This document shows, one piece after another, positions 14,808 to 25,302 of a stretch of 43,300 bases of DNA (within the stretch, counting starts at the first letter, position 1; each line of letters opens with the position of its first letter). A program made the translations under genes and the position numbers. Below the pieces are notes generated by a model. It ran no database searches and was not told the DNA's origin. It was given only the letters and a program-made list of their open reading frames with translations. The stretch spans positions 1-43,300 of the forward strand of contig CAZJBT010000002.1 of assembly GCA_964544345.1 (NCBI GenBank). The letters run 5' to 3'. Source of the stretch: an uncultured Oscillospiraceae bacterium. GTDB lineage: Bacteria > Bacillota > Clostridia > Oscillospirales > Oscillospiraceae.

Positions 14808-16430
14808 TTATTTCGCGCGGGCGCAGGCGCGGCCGGCCTCGCGGCCAAGCGTCATGGCCATGCCGATGGACACGCCGGCGATCGGCGTGGTATAGGCCGG
14901 GCCGAAGCGGCGGCCGCAGCAGTTGCCAGTCGCGTATAGACCGGGGATCGGCTCATAGTCAAGCCCGAGCACGTTCTGCGTCTCGTCCGTGACGAAGCCG
15001 CCGACCGTGACGAGCATAAAGCCGAGGTCGCCCGTCTGCTCGCTCGCCTGCAGGAACAATCGGCCGGAGAGCGGGCGGAGCAGCTTTGCGTCCTTGCCAA
15101 AATCGTCGTCGCGCCCGGCGCGGCAGACCTCGTTGTACCGGTGGATCGAGCGGACGGCGTTCTCTGCTGCCTCGCCGGTCAGGCCGGCGTTTGCGACCAG
15201 CTCCTCCGGCGTCTCGCCGGAATAGATGGTCGGCGCGACATAGCCGAACGGGAACGCCTTGCGCATCGGTTCCATCGAGTCTGCGCCGCCGCGCGGATTT
15301 TCTGCGGCGTTGTCCATGATGGCGCGCAGGGCGCGCACGCTCTCGGGGTTGTGCTCGTCGAAGCCGCCGTGCGCCGGGACAGCCCACTGCAGATCGTCCA
15401 GGATATGTTCGTCAAAGATATTGTAGCGTGCGCCGAGCGGCATGGCGTTCGCGCCGAAGCCGGAGATCTCGGGGCCGCCGAAGGTCTCGTTGCAAAAGCG
15501 CTTCCCGTTTCGGTCGAGCCAGAGTACGCCGAAGGTCGTGAAGCCGGGGATCGTGACATAGTTGCCGCCCATGACGGGCAGCGGACGCGGCTCGAGCCGT
15601 CCGCCGGCCCAGACGCCGATCTGATGGCCGAGACCCTGCCGTCCGCCCTTGCGCGGGTATTCCTGCCCTTCGGGCAGCAGGTCGGTAATGTCGGTGACAA
15701 GCTCCATCATCATCTCGCGGTTGCCGGAGAAGTCGCCTGCGGCCAGGATCACGCCGCGCTTTGCGCGGTAGGCGCGGCAGACGCCCTCGCCGTTGCGGGT
15801 GATGATGCCGGCGACGCGCTTGCCGTCCATCACGGGCTGCACTGCCGTCTCGCCGAAACGCAGGAGCGCGCCCTTTTGCTCGGCCTTCTCGTGGTTGGCC
15901 TTTACCACGTCGGGCAGCGTTGGGAAGCCCGGCCAGCCGCGCGGGTCGGGGAACTGCGCCGTGCCGTTCCAGAAGTGGTAGCCGTTGTAGTCGGTTCCCG
16001 GGTGCGCCTTGAATTCGCGCGCGCCCTCGGGCCAGTAGGCGACGTGGACGTCGCGCAGGCCGTCAAGTCCGAACATGTCGGTGAACCAGTCGAACGCCGC
16101 GCCGGAATTCTGCGCGAACTGCATGACGAGCGAGGCGTTGACGCGCCCGACGGCGCGGCGCAGCAGCTCGTTGTACAGGTCGATGGGATCGACCCTCGGC
16201 ACGCCGCGGCTGGCGAGAAAGGCCGAATTGATATGGCCGATGTCGCGGCCGAAGCTGTCGAAGCGCTCGCGCTTCATCATCTCGATGCCGACGGCCGCCG
16301 CGCCCTCCTCGACCGCCGCGCGCAGCGCGGCGGTGCCGGCGTAGCCGAGGCCGACGACAACGACGTCCGTCTCGTGTGTCTCAGCGATCTGTTCCGGCGC
16401 GATCGGCGCCGGACGCTCCTTCCAACTCAT
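14808..16430 (-). CDS. FAD-dependent oxidoreductase (FAD_binding_2-like), paralogue of 40622-42259
   Basis: DVVVVGLGYAGTAALRAA dinucleotide fold and C-terminal IPGLYATGNCCGRRFG...PIAGVSIG. A GAAGGAGG RBS precedes ATG 16430. Long collinear identity to the 40622 gene is visible by eye. Confidence 0.82.
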   Translation of the reverse strand: MSWKERPAPIAPEQIAETHETDVVVVGLGYAGTAALRAAVEEGAAAVGIEMMKRERFDSFGRDIGHINSAFLASRGVPRVDPIDLYNELLRRAVGRVNASLVMQFAQNSGAAFDWFTDMFGLDGLRDVHVAYWPEGAREFKAHPGTDYNGYHFWNGTAQFPDPRGWPGFPTLPDVVKANHEKAEQKGALLRFGETAVQPVMDGKRVAGIITRNGEGVCRAYRAKRGVILAAGDFSGNREMMMELVTDITDLLPEGQEYPRKGGRQGLGHQIGVWAGGRLEPRPLPVMGGNYVTIPGFTTFGVLWLDRNGKRFCNETFGGPEISGFGANAMPLGARYNIFDEHILDDLQWAVPAHGGFDEHNPESVRALRAIMDNAAENPRGGADSMEPMRKAFPFGYVAPTIYSGETPEELVANAGLTGEAAENAVRSIHRYNEVCRAGRDDDFGKDAKLLRPLSGRLFLQASEQTGDLGFMLVTVGGFVTDETQNVLGLDYEPIPGLYATGNCCGRRFGPAYTTPIAGVSIGMAMTLGREAGRACARAK

Positions 16431-16513
16431 AAAAGCGCCTCCTTCGGTGCTGTTTTTCCTTTGCGGCATGACCCTTTTCTCCAAGCGCCTGCGCGCTGAG
16501 CGCACAGATGCGC

Positions 16514-16541
16514 GTATCACAGCCGCTTGCAGCTATGATAG
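16514..16541 (-). promoter_or_regulatory. Imperfect dyad gtatcacagccg-N4-cagctatgatag overlapping a minus-strand TGcTATCAT extended -10
   Basis: Related to the perfect dyads at 30466-30494, 31572-31598 and 31700-31726. It lies about 85-110 nt upstream of the 16430 start. Confidence 0.45.
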
Positions 16542-16619
16542 CATGGATCTCTGCCGAACCAAACTGTTTTTCTGTTGAAAGGAGCTGCCGCAGCAGCATT
16601 TGCGGCAGCTCCGGTGCGG

Positions 16620-18614
16620 TCAGATCTCCATGGCGTTCCAGTATCCTGTGGAGACGGCGTCGCGGATCTTGTGGGGCTTGATGCAATCGCCGGCCAGCGC
16701 GACATAGGGCGCGCAGTTCGTGAACGCGTAAGCCTCCGCCGAGCGCGCGGTCATGCCGGACGAGAGCACGACGGTGTCGCAGGCGATGGTCTTGACCTCG
16801 CCCGTCTGGGTGTCGCGCACCTTCACGCCGTCCGGCAGGATCTCGATGCAGTCGCAGCCGTTATGCAGCGCGATGCCGCGCTCGGAAAACCAGTCGAGGA
16901 AGGTCGGCACGGGGTTGTAGAGCGCCGACGGGCCGTGGGTGAAGTTCTCGTGGAAGCAGATGGTCTCGCGCCGGCCGACGATGGACACGGTGTGGCCGGT
17001 GTTGTTCAGGTGCAGCGCGACCTCGCAGGCGGTCAGGCCGCTGCCGAGCATCAGCACATGGCCGCGCAGACGCTCCGGCTGCTCGTACGCCTCGAGCACG
17101 GTCAGTACGTTGCCGCCGTTTGCGCCGGGGATGTTCGGCCTGCGGGTCACGGCGCCGATGCAGACCAGCACGGCGTAGGGCGCGAGCTGCGCCATCAGCT
17201 CAGGCGTCGCGCGCGTATTGAGCCGCACCTCGATGTTCGGATGCTCCGTGACGCGGCGGATCATGTTGTTCTTGTAGCGGCGGATGTCCGTCTTGATGGT
17301 GTCGGTGTCGGAAAACACGAGCTGGCCGCCGAGACGATCCTTTTCCTCGAACAAAATGACCGAGTGACCGCGCTCGGCCGCGGTGTGCGCGGCCTTTAGT
17401 CCCGCGATGCCGCCGCCGACGACGCAGACCGTCCGCGCGACCGGTGCTTTCTTCAGCGGGTAGGAATTCTCATAGGTCTTGAAGGTCGCGTGCGGGTTGA
17501 CCGAGCACGGGCCGATCACGTCGTAGCACGCGTGGCAGCGCAGGCAGTTGTCGATCAGCTCCTCGCGGCCCTCGTGCAGCTTGCGCGGGTAGTATGGATC
17601 CGCGATCTCGAGCTGGCGGGACATGCAGACGAAGTCCGCGTCGCCTGAGGCGATGATATCCGCAGCCGTGTCCGGATTTGCGCAGGAGTTGACGATGACG
17701 AGCGGCGTGACGATGCCGGCGTCCTTGATTCTCCGGCAGAAGCCCCGGTTCGGAGCCTCCGGGAAGGTGGCCGGCGAGGTGACGTGGTTGTTCGACTTGC
17801 AGTCGGTGTGGCGGCCGGCCGTGCAGTGAAACAGGTCGACGACGTGCGCCTTCTCGAGCAGCTTGAAGAATTCGATCGTCTCGTCGATCGTGATGCCGCC
17901 GGGCGTGAACTCGTCGACGCTGGTGCGGTACTCGATGATAAAGTCGGATCCGACGGCCTCGCGGACAGCCTGCATGACCTCGATCGGGTAGCGGCTGCGG
18001 TTTTCCACGCTGCCGCCGTAGCGGTCGGTGCGGAAGTTGAAGTCCGGCGCGCGGAACTGGTCGAGCAGCTTGCCGTGACCGGCGTGGATGACGCAGCCGT
18101 CAACGCCGTAGTTCTTCGCGCGCACGGCGCACTTGACGTAGTCGGCCTTGACGCGCTCGAGGTCGGCCTCGGTCATCTCAATGACCTCGGAGCCGTTGTC
18201 GTATTTCTTCGCGGACGGGCCGAGCGCGCTCGGCGGGCCGAACTGCGGGCCGACGCCGGTCGGGCCGCCCTCGCACACGAACTGGACGAAGGCCAGGCAG
18301 TTGTAGCGGTGGACGGTGTTGACGTAATTGCGCACGGAGTTGCCGAGATCCATCGGCTCCGGGTCGGGGTAAAACTTCACGCGACCCATGCCGCCCATAT
18401 AGCCGCCGTCTACGTTGACGACGGCGTCGCCGCCGCCGATGACGCGCGCCGCGCCGCCGCGGGCGAGCGCGCCGTAGTAGTCGACGTTGGCCTGGATGAT
18501 GCCTGCGCCGGGGTTGTCCTCGTTGCAGCCGAGCGGGCCGACGAGAATGCGGTTTTTGAAGGTGTGCGAGCCGATGGTGTACGGCTGGAACAGCGGTTCG
18601 TATTTTTTGTTCAA
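16620..18614 (-). CDS. 2,4-dienoyl-CoA-reductase / OYE-like flavoprotein (canonical paralogue 3)
   Basis: YEPLFQPYTIGSHTFKNRI N-terminus, VIHAGHGKLLDQF, RTDRYGGSVENR, CLRCHAC...C, VVGGGIAGL, LGSGLTACE. The only in-frame start upstream of the conserved N-terminus is TTG 18614 (GAAAGG RBS), so the start is uncertain. Confidence 0.85.
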   Translation of the reverse strand: MNKKYEPLFQPYTIGSHTFKNRILVGPLGCNEDNPGAGIIQANVDYYGALARGGAARVIGGGDAVVNVDGGYMGGMGRVKFYPDPEPMDLGNSVRNYVNTVHRYNCLAFVQFVCEGGPTGVGPQFGPPSALGPSAKKYDNGSEVIEMTEADLERVKADYVKCAVRAKNYGVDGCVIHAGHGKLLDQFRAPDFNFRTDRYGGSVENRSRYPIEVMQAVREAVGSDFIIEYRTSVDEFTPGGITIDETIEFFKLLEKAHVVDLFHCTAGRHTDCKSNNHVTSPATFPEAPNRGFCRRIKDAGIVTPLVIVNSCANPDTAADIIASGDADFVCMSRQLEIADPYYPRKLHEGREELIDNCLRCHACYDVIGPCSVNPHATFKTYENSYPLKKAPVARTVCVVGGGIAGLKAAHTAAERGHSVILFEEKDRLGGQLVFSDTDTIKTDIRRYKNNMIRRVTEHPNIEVRLNTRATPELMAQLAPYAVLVCIGAVTRRPNIPGANGGNVLTVLEAYEQPERLRGHVLMLGSGLTACEVALHLNNTGHTVSIVGRRETICFHENFTHGPSALYNPVPTFLDWFSERGIALHNGCDCIEILPDGVKVRDTQTGEVKTIACDTVVLSSGMTARSAEAYAFTNCAPYVALAGDCIKPHKIRDAVSTGYWNAMEI

Positions 18615-18637
18615 AGGAATCAGGCCTTTCTGTTTGG

Positions 18638-19486
18638 TCAGTATGGTTTGCGTGTTTCGCCCTCCTCGATCGGGCGAAAGGGCTTGGCGGCGCGCTCCTT
18701 GCCGCGGAAAAAGATGCACGATAGCGCGATCAGCGCCAGCACAGCAATCAGCGCCCAGCCGGGGATGGCGCGTACCAGCGCGGAGTCGCCCGTGCCGATG
18801 AAGCGGATGCGTCCGGTCTCGATGGCGGTCACCTCGGTCTTGCTCAGGTGGTCTGCCAGCGCGTCCGCCAGGGTCAGGGAGAGCGGCTGATACTCCACCG
18901 CGCTGCCGCCGTAGCCGCCGGAGAGCAGCGCCTCGGTCGACACGACCGTCAGGCGCGGCTCCGTGTCCTCCCGGCTCAATCTTGTGCCGTCGGGCAGCGT
19001 GACGCGGTAGACCCGCTCGCCCGCGGGCGCAGACGCGTCACAGATGAGCGAGAAGCCTGCGATCTGGACGAAACCGTCCCATGCGGACTGCTCAGGCAGC
19101 AGCCGTTCTCTCTCGCGGTCGATCACAAGGTGGGAGAGCGCGTGCTCGAGCAGCGTGTAAAGCTCCGCAGGCGTCAGCGTGGCCGCGGCCAGCGGCGCTT
19201 CCGCGACGGCGGCAGTCACATCGGCCCAGGTGAGCGACCCGGCCGGCAGATCGTTTTGCAGCGCGTCCGCCGGGACGAGCGCGGCATCGGCGCCTGTTTC
19301 CAGGCGGACAGCGTCGGCCGCGAGGTCGCCCAGCTCGCACTCCTCCGCGCCGGGGAGACATTGCAGCAGCGATTCCGGCTGCATAGACAGCGTGCCGGCC
19401 GGATCCTCCGGCGCGCGCGCCGAAGTGGCCGCGGCGAGCGCGAAAGCGCAGAGGATCGCCGCGGACACGCGTGTCAGCGCTCTCAT
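18638..19486 (-). CDS. Secreted, C-terminally membrane-anchored protein consisting only of a 5'-nucleotidase C-terminal (substrate-binding) domain
   Basis: Signal peptide MRALTRVSAAILCAFALAAATSARA, a LGDLAADAVR...DLPAGSLTWADV block typical of 5_nucleotid_C, and a C-terminal hydrophobic helix followed by a basic tail. The ATG overlaps the stop of the ATPase gene (ATGA). Confidence 0.6.
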   Translation of the reverse strand: MRALTRVSAAILCAFALAAATSARAPEDPAGTLSMQPESLLQCLPGAEECELGDLAADAVRLETGADAALVPADALQNDLPAGSLTWADVTAAVAEAPLAAATLTPAELYTLLEHALSHLVIDRERERLLPEQSAWDGFVQIAGFSLICDASAPAGERVYRVTLPDGTRLSREDTEPRLTVVSTEALLSGGYGGSAVEYQPLSLTLADALADHLSKTEVTAIETGRIRFIGTGDSALVRAIPGWALIAVLALIALSCIFFRGKERAAKPFRPIEEGETRKPY

Positions 19487-21477
19487 TTCGCAACCAGGCC
19501 GTTGATCTCGCGCACGAAGTGGCAGGCGACGAAATGCTCCGGCTCGATCTCCTCGTAGACGGGCATCTGCTGGTGGCATAGCTCCTTCGCATACGGGCAG
19601 CGGTTGGCAAAGCGGCAGCCGGGCTTCGGATCGACCGGGCTGGTCAGCTCGCCCTGCATGATGATGCGCTTTTTCTCTTGCCGGATCGTCGGCACCGGAA
19701 TGGCGGACAGAAGACCCTTGGTGTATGGGTGGTACGGTTTTTCAAACAGCTTTTTCGACGGACATTTTTCGACCATCGAGCCAACATACATGACGAGGAT
19801 GTCGTCAGAGATATGCTTGACGACCGAAAGATCGTGCGTGACAAAGATATAGGTCAGGCCGCGCTCCTCCTGGAGATCCTGGAGCAGGTTGAGCACCTGC
19901 GCCTGGATGGAGACGTCGAGCGCGGAGACCGGCTCGTCGCAGACGATGAGCTGCGGGTCGAGCGAGAGCGCGCAGGCGATGCCGACGCGCTGGCGGCGGC
20001 CGCCGTCAAGCTCGTGCGGATAGACATAGGCGTAGCGCCGCGCGAGGCCGACAATGTCCATCAGCTCGAACACGCGCTTTTGCAGCTCCTCCTTTGAGCC
20101 GCACAGGCGGTAGGTCTTGAGCGGGTCGGCGATCAGCTCGAAGATGCAGTAGCGCGGGTTGAGAGAGGAGTACGGATCCTGGAAGATGATCTGCATCTGT
20201 TTCTGGAGCGCCCTGCGCTGCTTGCCCTTGGCGGCGGTGATATCCTGGCCGCGGTAGAGGATATGGCCGTCAGTCGCGCTGAGCAGGCCGAGTACGGTGC
20301 GGCCGAGCGTGGACTTGCCGCAACCGGACTCGCCGACGACGCCGAGCGTGCGCCCCTCGTCGATGGTGAAGGTCACGTCGTCGACCGCGTGGAGCATGCC
20401 GCCGCCGGTCTTGAAATACTTTTTCAGTCCGACGACCTCGAGCAGCGGCTTGCGCGGCGTCTCGTCGCGGACTTGCACGGCGGCCGCGTCCTCCGCCGGC
20501 TCGGGCGCGCTCACCTGGTCGGCGTGGAAGCAGCGGCACTGGTGGGTGTCCGTCAGCCCGATGACCGGCGGGCGCTCGGTGCGGCAGCGCTCGTCAGCGT
20601 ACGGGCAGCGCGGGTGGAAGCGGCAGCCCTCCGGCAGGTGCGCCGGGTCGGGCATCATGCCGTGGATCGGGCGCAGGCGGCGCTCGTCGCGATCCAGGCT
20701 CGGCAGCGAGCCGAACAGACCCTTGGTGTACGGGTGCGAGCAGGCGTTGAAGATATCCTCCAGCGTGCCGTTTTCGACGATCTCACCGGCGTACATGATG
20801 GCGACCTTGTCGCAGGTCTCGGCGACGACGCCGAGGTCGTGCGTGATGAGCAGCATCGACGAGCCGATGTTCTCCTTCAGCTCGCTCATCATATCGAGCA
20901 CCTGCGCCTGGATGGTGACGTCGAGCGCGGTGGTCGGCTCGTCCGCGATGAGCAGCTTCGGCGAGCAGGCGAGCGCCATGGCGATGACGACGCGCTGCTT
21001 CATGCCGCCGGAGAACTGGTGCGGATACTCCTTGCCGCGGAAGGCCGGGATGCCGACCATCTCGAGCGTCTCCTGTGCTTTTTTGACAGCCTCGGCGGCA
21101 GAGCAGTGCTCGTGGATGGAGATGACCTCGGCGATCTGGTACTCGACCGTAAAGATCGGGTTGAGCGCGGTCATCGGATCCTGGAAGATCATGGAGATCT
21201 GCTTGCCGCGGATGGCGCGGATCTCGGTGTCGTTCATCTTGAGGATGTCCGCGCCGTCAAAGAGGATCTCGCCCGAGGTGATCTCGGCCGGCGGCGTGGG
21301 CAGCAGATTGAGGATCGAGAGCGCGGTCGTGGTCTTGCCCGCGCCGGTCTCGCCGACAAGACCGAGCGTCTCGCCCCTGCCGATGGTGAGATTGACGTTG
21401 GAGACGGCCTCGCTTGTGCCGTCCATGGTCACATAGCGGACGGAAAGGTCTTTGATTTCAAGAATGGTTTCAGCCAT
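19483..21477 (-). CDS. Fused double ATP-binding protein of an Opp/Dpp-type peptide-family ABC importer (OppD-OppF fusion)
   Basis: Two complete ABC cassettes: GETGAGKTT...FSGGMKQRV...ADEPTTALD and GESGCGKST...LDGGRRQRV...CDEPVSALD. Each is followed by the oligopeptide C-terminal Cys/His region. Confidence 0.9.
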   Translation of the reverse strand: MAETILEIKDLSVRYVTMDGTSEAVSNVNLTIGRGETLGLVGETGAGKTTTALSILNLLPTPPAEITSGEILFDGADILKMNDTEIRAIRGKQISMIFQDPMTALNPIFTVEYQIAEVISIHEHCSAAEAVKKAQETLEMVGIPAFRGKEYPHQFSGGMKQRVVIAMALACSPKLLIADEPTTALDVTIQAQVLDMMSELKENIGSSMLLITHDLGVVAETCDKVAIMYAGEIVENGTLEDIFNACSHPYTKGLFGSLPSLDRDERRLRPIHGMMPDPAHLPEGCRFHPRCPYADERCRTERPPVIGLTDTHQCRCFHADQVSAPEPAEDAAAVQVRDETPRKPLLEVVGLKKYFKTGGGMLHAVDDVTFTIDEGRTLGVVGESGCGKSTLGRTVLGLLSATDGHILYRGQDITAAKGKQRRALQKQMQIIFQDPYSSLNPRYCIFELIADPLKTYRLCGSKEELQKRVFELMDIVGLARRYAYVYPHELDGGRRQRVGIACALSLDPQLIVCDEPVSALDVSIQAQVLNLLQDLQEERGLTYIFVTHDLSVVKHISDDILVMYVGSMVEKCPSKKLFEKPYHPYTKGLLSAIPVPTIRQEKKRIIMQGELTSPVDPKPGCRFANRCPYAKELCHQQMPVYEEIEPEHFVACHFVREINGLVAK

Positions 21478-21488
21478 GATACTCCTCC

Positions 21489-22382
21489 TCAGTGCTTGAG
21501 CTTCGGGTCGAGCGCGTCGCGCAAGCCGTCGCCCATGACGTTGAAGCCGAACATGGTCAGCATGATCATCACGCCGGGGAAGGTGATCATCGGCCAGAAG
21601 GTGGTGATGAATTCACGTCCGATGTTGAGGATGGAGCCCCACTCCGGCGTGGGCGGCTGGACGCCGAGGCCGATGAAGGACAGACCGGAGATCATCATGA
21701 TATTCGTGCCGATGCGAAGCGTCGAGTCGACGATGATCGGCGAGAGTGTATTTGGGAGGATCTGACGCACAATGATGCGCAGGCTGCCGGAGCCGCGCGC
21801 GCGCGCCGCCTCGACGTATTCCTGCTCGCGGATGGTCAGCACCGTCGCGCGCAGCATACGCGCCGACGGGGCGATGCCGCCGACCGAGACGGCCACGGCC
21901 GTCTGCCAGGTGCCGGTGCCGAGCAGCGCCGAGACAGAGACTGCCATCAGCGTGCCGGGGATGGCCATGATGATATCCATGACGCGCATGACGATCGTCT
22001 CATAGATGCCGCCGAAGTAGCCGGCGGTGGCGCCGAAGATCGAGCCGATGCCGACCGAAATGAGCAGGCCGAGCAGCGAGACGAGCAGCGAAATGCGGCC
22101 GCCGTAGAGGATGCGGGAGAGCAGGTCGCGCCCGTAGTTGTCGGTGCCGAACGGATGCGAGGCGCTCGGCATCAGGAACCGGTCGGCGAACGACTGCTTG
22201 TCGTAGTCATACGGCGCGAGCACATTTGCAAAGATGGCCGAGAGCACGATCAGAACGACGATAACGAGACCCGCCATGGCGAGCTTGTTGCTGCGGAACC
22301 GCTTCCAGATGTCGCGGAGCTGGCTGCGCTTTTTCAGGATCTCCTCCTCACCGGCTTGCACCGGGGCTTTTACTTGAGCCAT
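21489..22382 (-). CDS. Opp/Dpp-type ABC permease (OppC/DppC-like)
   Basis: N-terminal OppC-type helix followed by HPFGTDNYGRDLLSRI and an EAA-like loop EYVEAARA.G. Confidence 0.9.
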   Translation of the reverse strand: MAQVKAPVQAGEEEILKKRSQLRDIWKRFRSNKLAMAGLVIVVLIVLSAIFANVLAPYDYDKQSFADRFLMPSASHPFGTDNYGRDLLSRILYGGRISLLVSLLGLLISVGIGSIFGATAGYFGGIYETIVMRVMDIIMAIPGTLMAVSVSALLGTGTWQTAVAVSVGGIAPSARMLRATVLTIREQEYVEAARARGSGSLRIIVRQILPNTLSPIIVDSTLRIGTNIMMISGLSFIGLGVQPPTPEWGSILNIGREFITTFWPMITFPGVMIMLTMFGFNVMGDGLRDALDPKLKH

Positions 22383-22394
22383 TTGCGCACCTCC

Positions 22395-23381
<987 letters not shown>

Positions 23382-23504
23382 TTGATTCCCTCATTTCATC
23401 AGGCCGGGGCCTAAGACCCCGTACACTGGCCCAATTGCGGGCAAGGCGGATCAGTCGTATGGCTGATCCGCCTTGCGCTGTGTGTCGAACGAATTCAGTT
23501 GTGC

Positions 23505-25094
23505 TTACGCGAGCTTGATGTTGCCCAGGCAGCCGTACCAGTTGTTGAGCATATCGAACTCGGCGATGCGGTCGTTGAAGCACCAGGCCTCCATGACCTC
23601 GCAGTACGGGAACAGCCAGTTGTTCTCGTAGAGCCAGGTGTCGATGTCTTTGAAGACCTCCATACGGGCGTCGTAATCGGTCGTGGCGTTGGATGCCTCG
23701 GCGAGCGCGACGTACTCGGGGTCGCTCTGCGAACGGTCGAGGAACAGACCGTTGGTCAGCGGGGACAGGAACTGCCACGGCTCACGGGTGTAATTCGCGC
23801 CGTTCGCGGTGACGATGGCCATATCGTTGACGCCCTTGAAGTAGTACTCGGGCAGCGCGGTGCCAAGCTCATAGGTGCCCGGCTCGATGACGATGCCAAC
23901 GTCGGCCAGATAGCCCTGAACAGCTTCCATGACGCGAACCTGCTGGGTGTCGTTGACGGCGACATAGAGGAGCTGGATCTCGCCGTCTGCATAGCCGGCG
24001 TCAGCCAGGATCTCCTTGGCCTTGTCGGGGTCGTAGGTGTAGTAGCCGGAGTGGTCGGTGTAGCAGGCGAGCGTCGGGGCGAAATGCGAGGTCGCCTCAA
24101 CGGCGAGCGAGCCCCAGGCGATCTGGCCAACCTCGAACCACGGGACGGCGTAGCCGATCGCCTCGCGGACGGCGGGATCGGCGAGGAATTCGTTGTGCTC
24201 GTTCATGGCCATGGCCGGAATGTTGTTGGTGGACTTGAGGACGAGCGTGCCGATCGAGCTGTCGGCCTGGACTTCGGCGACCTGCGTGTCGGTCATGCCG
24301 AGCACGGCGTCGATCTCGCCGTTTTTGTACTCGGCCCACATGCTGTTTGCATCGGAGTAGTACTTGACGGTGATCTCGGTGCAGTCAAAGCTCTTGGAGG
24401 TGTCCCAGTAGTCCTCGCGGAGCGAGTAGGTGATGTAGGAGTCAGTGACGGCTTCCTTGACCTCGTACGGGCCGGAGCCGTTCGGAGCGCTCCAGTAGAT
24501 CTCGTCGCCGTCCGGATGCGCGTCCATGAACTCGTCGTCCATGATGGCCAGGCACAGCTCGCTCAGGGCGGCGCCGTACGGTTTAAAGTATTTGAAGGTG
24601 ATGGTGCGGCCATCCTCGGAGACCGTGGTGTTGTCCCAATCGATGACGCCGGCCCACATACCGGCTCTCTGGTTGCCGAAGTCGATGTTGAACTGGCAGG
24701 TGGCCAGGATGTCGTTGGCGTCCATCTCGGCGCCGCCGGCAAACGTGATGCCGTCTTTGAGCGTGATGTGCAGCGTGGTGTCATCGTCCCAGCCCCAGTC
24801 GTCGGAGAGCGGGGAGAACCAGTCGCCGGTCTCCGGATCGATGTCAAACAGGATGTCGTAGACCATGTAGGTGACATAGCTGTCGCCCATGGCGGTGCCG
24901 CCGTTCGGGTTCAGATAGCCGTAGGACGCAGTGGTACCGACCGTGACGGTCGTGTCCTTGTCACCGTCGGCACTGCCTGCGTCGCTGGACGGGTTCTCGG
25001 CGCCGGCTTCGCCGTCATCGCCTGAGCAAGCCGCCAGTGCGAACAGCATGCTCAGCGCGAGCAGCAGCGCGAGAAATTTGGTCAGTTTTTTCAT
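23505..25094 (-). CDS. Family-5 (peptide/nickel/opine type) ABC substrate-binding lipoprotein, copy 1
   Basis: Lipobox LAACSG after a signal peptide and a low-complexity linker. Its length and blocks match the two other binding-protein genes in the window. It is the first gene of the permease operon. Confidence 0.85.
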   Translation of the reverse strand: MKKLTKFLALLLALSMLFALAACSGDDGEAGAENPSSDAGSADGDKDTTVTVGTTASYGYLNPNGGTAMGDSYVTYMVYDILFDIDPETGDWFSPLSDDWGWDDDTTLHITLKDGITFAGGAEMDANDILATCQFNIDFGNQRAGMWAGVIDWDNTTVSEDGRTITFKYFKPYGAALSELCLAIMDDEFMDAHPDGDEIYWSAPNGSGPYEVKEAVTDSYITYSLREDYWDTSKSFDCTEITVKYYSDANSMWAEYKNGEIDAVLGMTDTQVAEVQADSSIGTLVLKSTNNIPAMAMNEHNEFLADPAVREAIGYAVPWFEVGQIAWGSLAVEATSHFAPTLACYTDHSGYYTYDPDKAKEILADAGYADGEIQLLYVAVNDTQQVRVMEAVQGYLADVGIVIEPGTYELGTALPEYYFKGVNDMAIVTANGANYTREPWQFLSPLTNGLFLDRSQSDPEYVALAEASNATTDYDARMEVFKDIDTWLYENNWLFPYCEVMEAWCFNDRIAEFDMLNNWYGCLGNIKLA

Positions 25095-25178
25095 GTCTCT
25101 TCCAATTCCCCTTTCAAAATCTGCGTGGTCATATCCGTTCAGTGTATGATCCAGAGCAGCGGATCATTCCGGACACAG

Positions 25179-25229
25179 AAAAATCCGCCCAGGATTTGTT
25201 CTGTTTAAACAAATCTTAGGGCGGATTTT
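25179..25229 (-). terminator. Long hairpin terminator downstream of the LysR gene 25303-26202
   Basis: aaatccgccc ... gggcggattt outer stem with an inner gatttgtt/aacaaatc stem. T-runs are present on both strands. Confidence 0.5.
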
Positions 25230-25241
25230 GACGAATGTCAA
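25213..25241 (-). promoter_or_regulatory. Candidate promoter TTGACA-17-TAAGAT for the binding-protein/permease operon
   Basis: The minus strand reads ttgaca ttcgtcaaaatccgccc taagat. It overlaps the right arm of the hairpin at 25179-25229. Confidence 0.4.
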
Positions 25242-25302
25242 GTGAATGTGCCGACAGATCGGATCGATCAATAAAAATTTTTTATCAATTGCGCGGCTCA
25301 GA

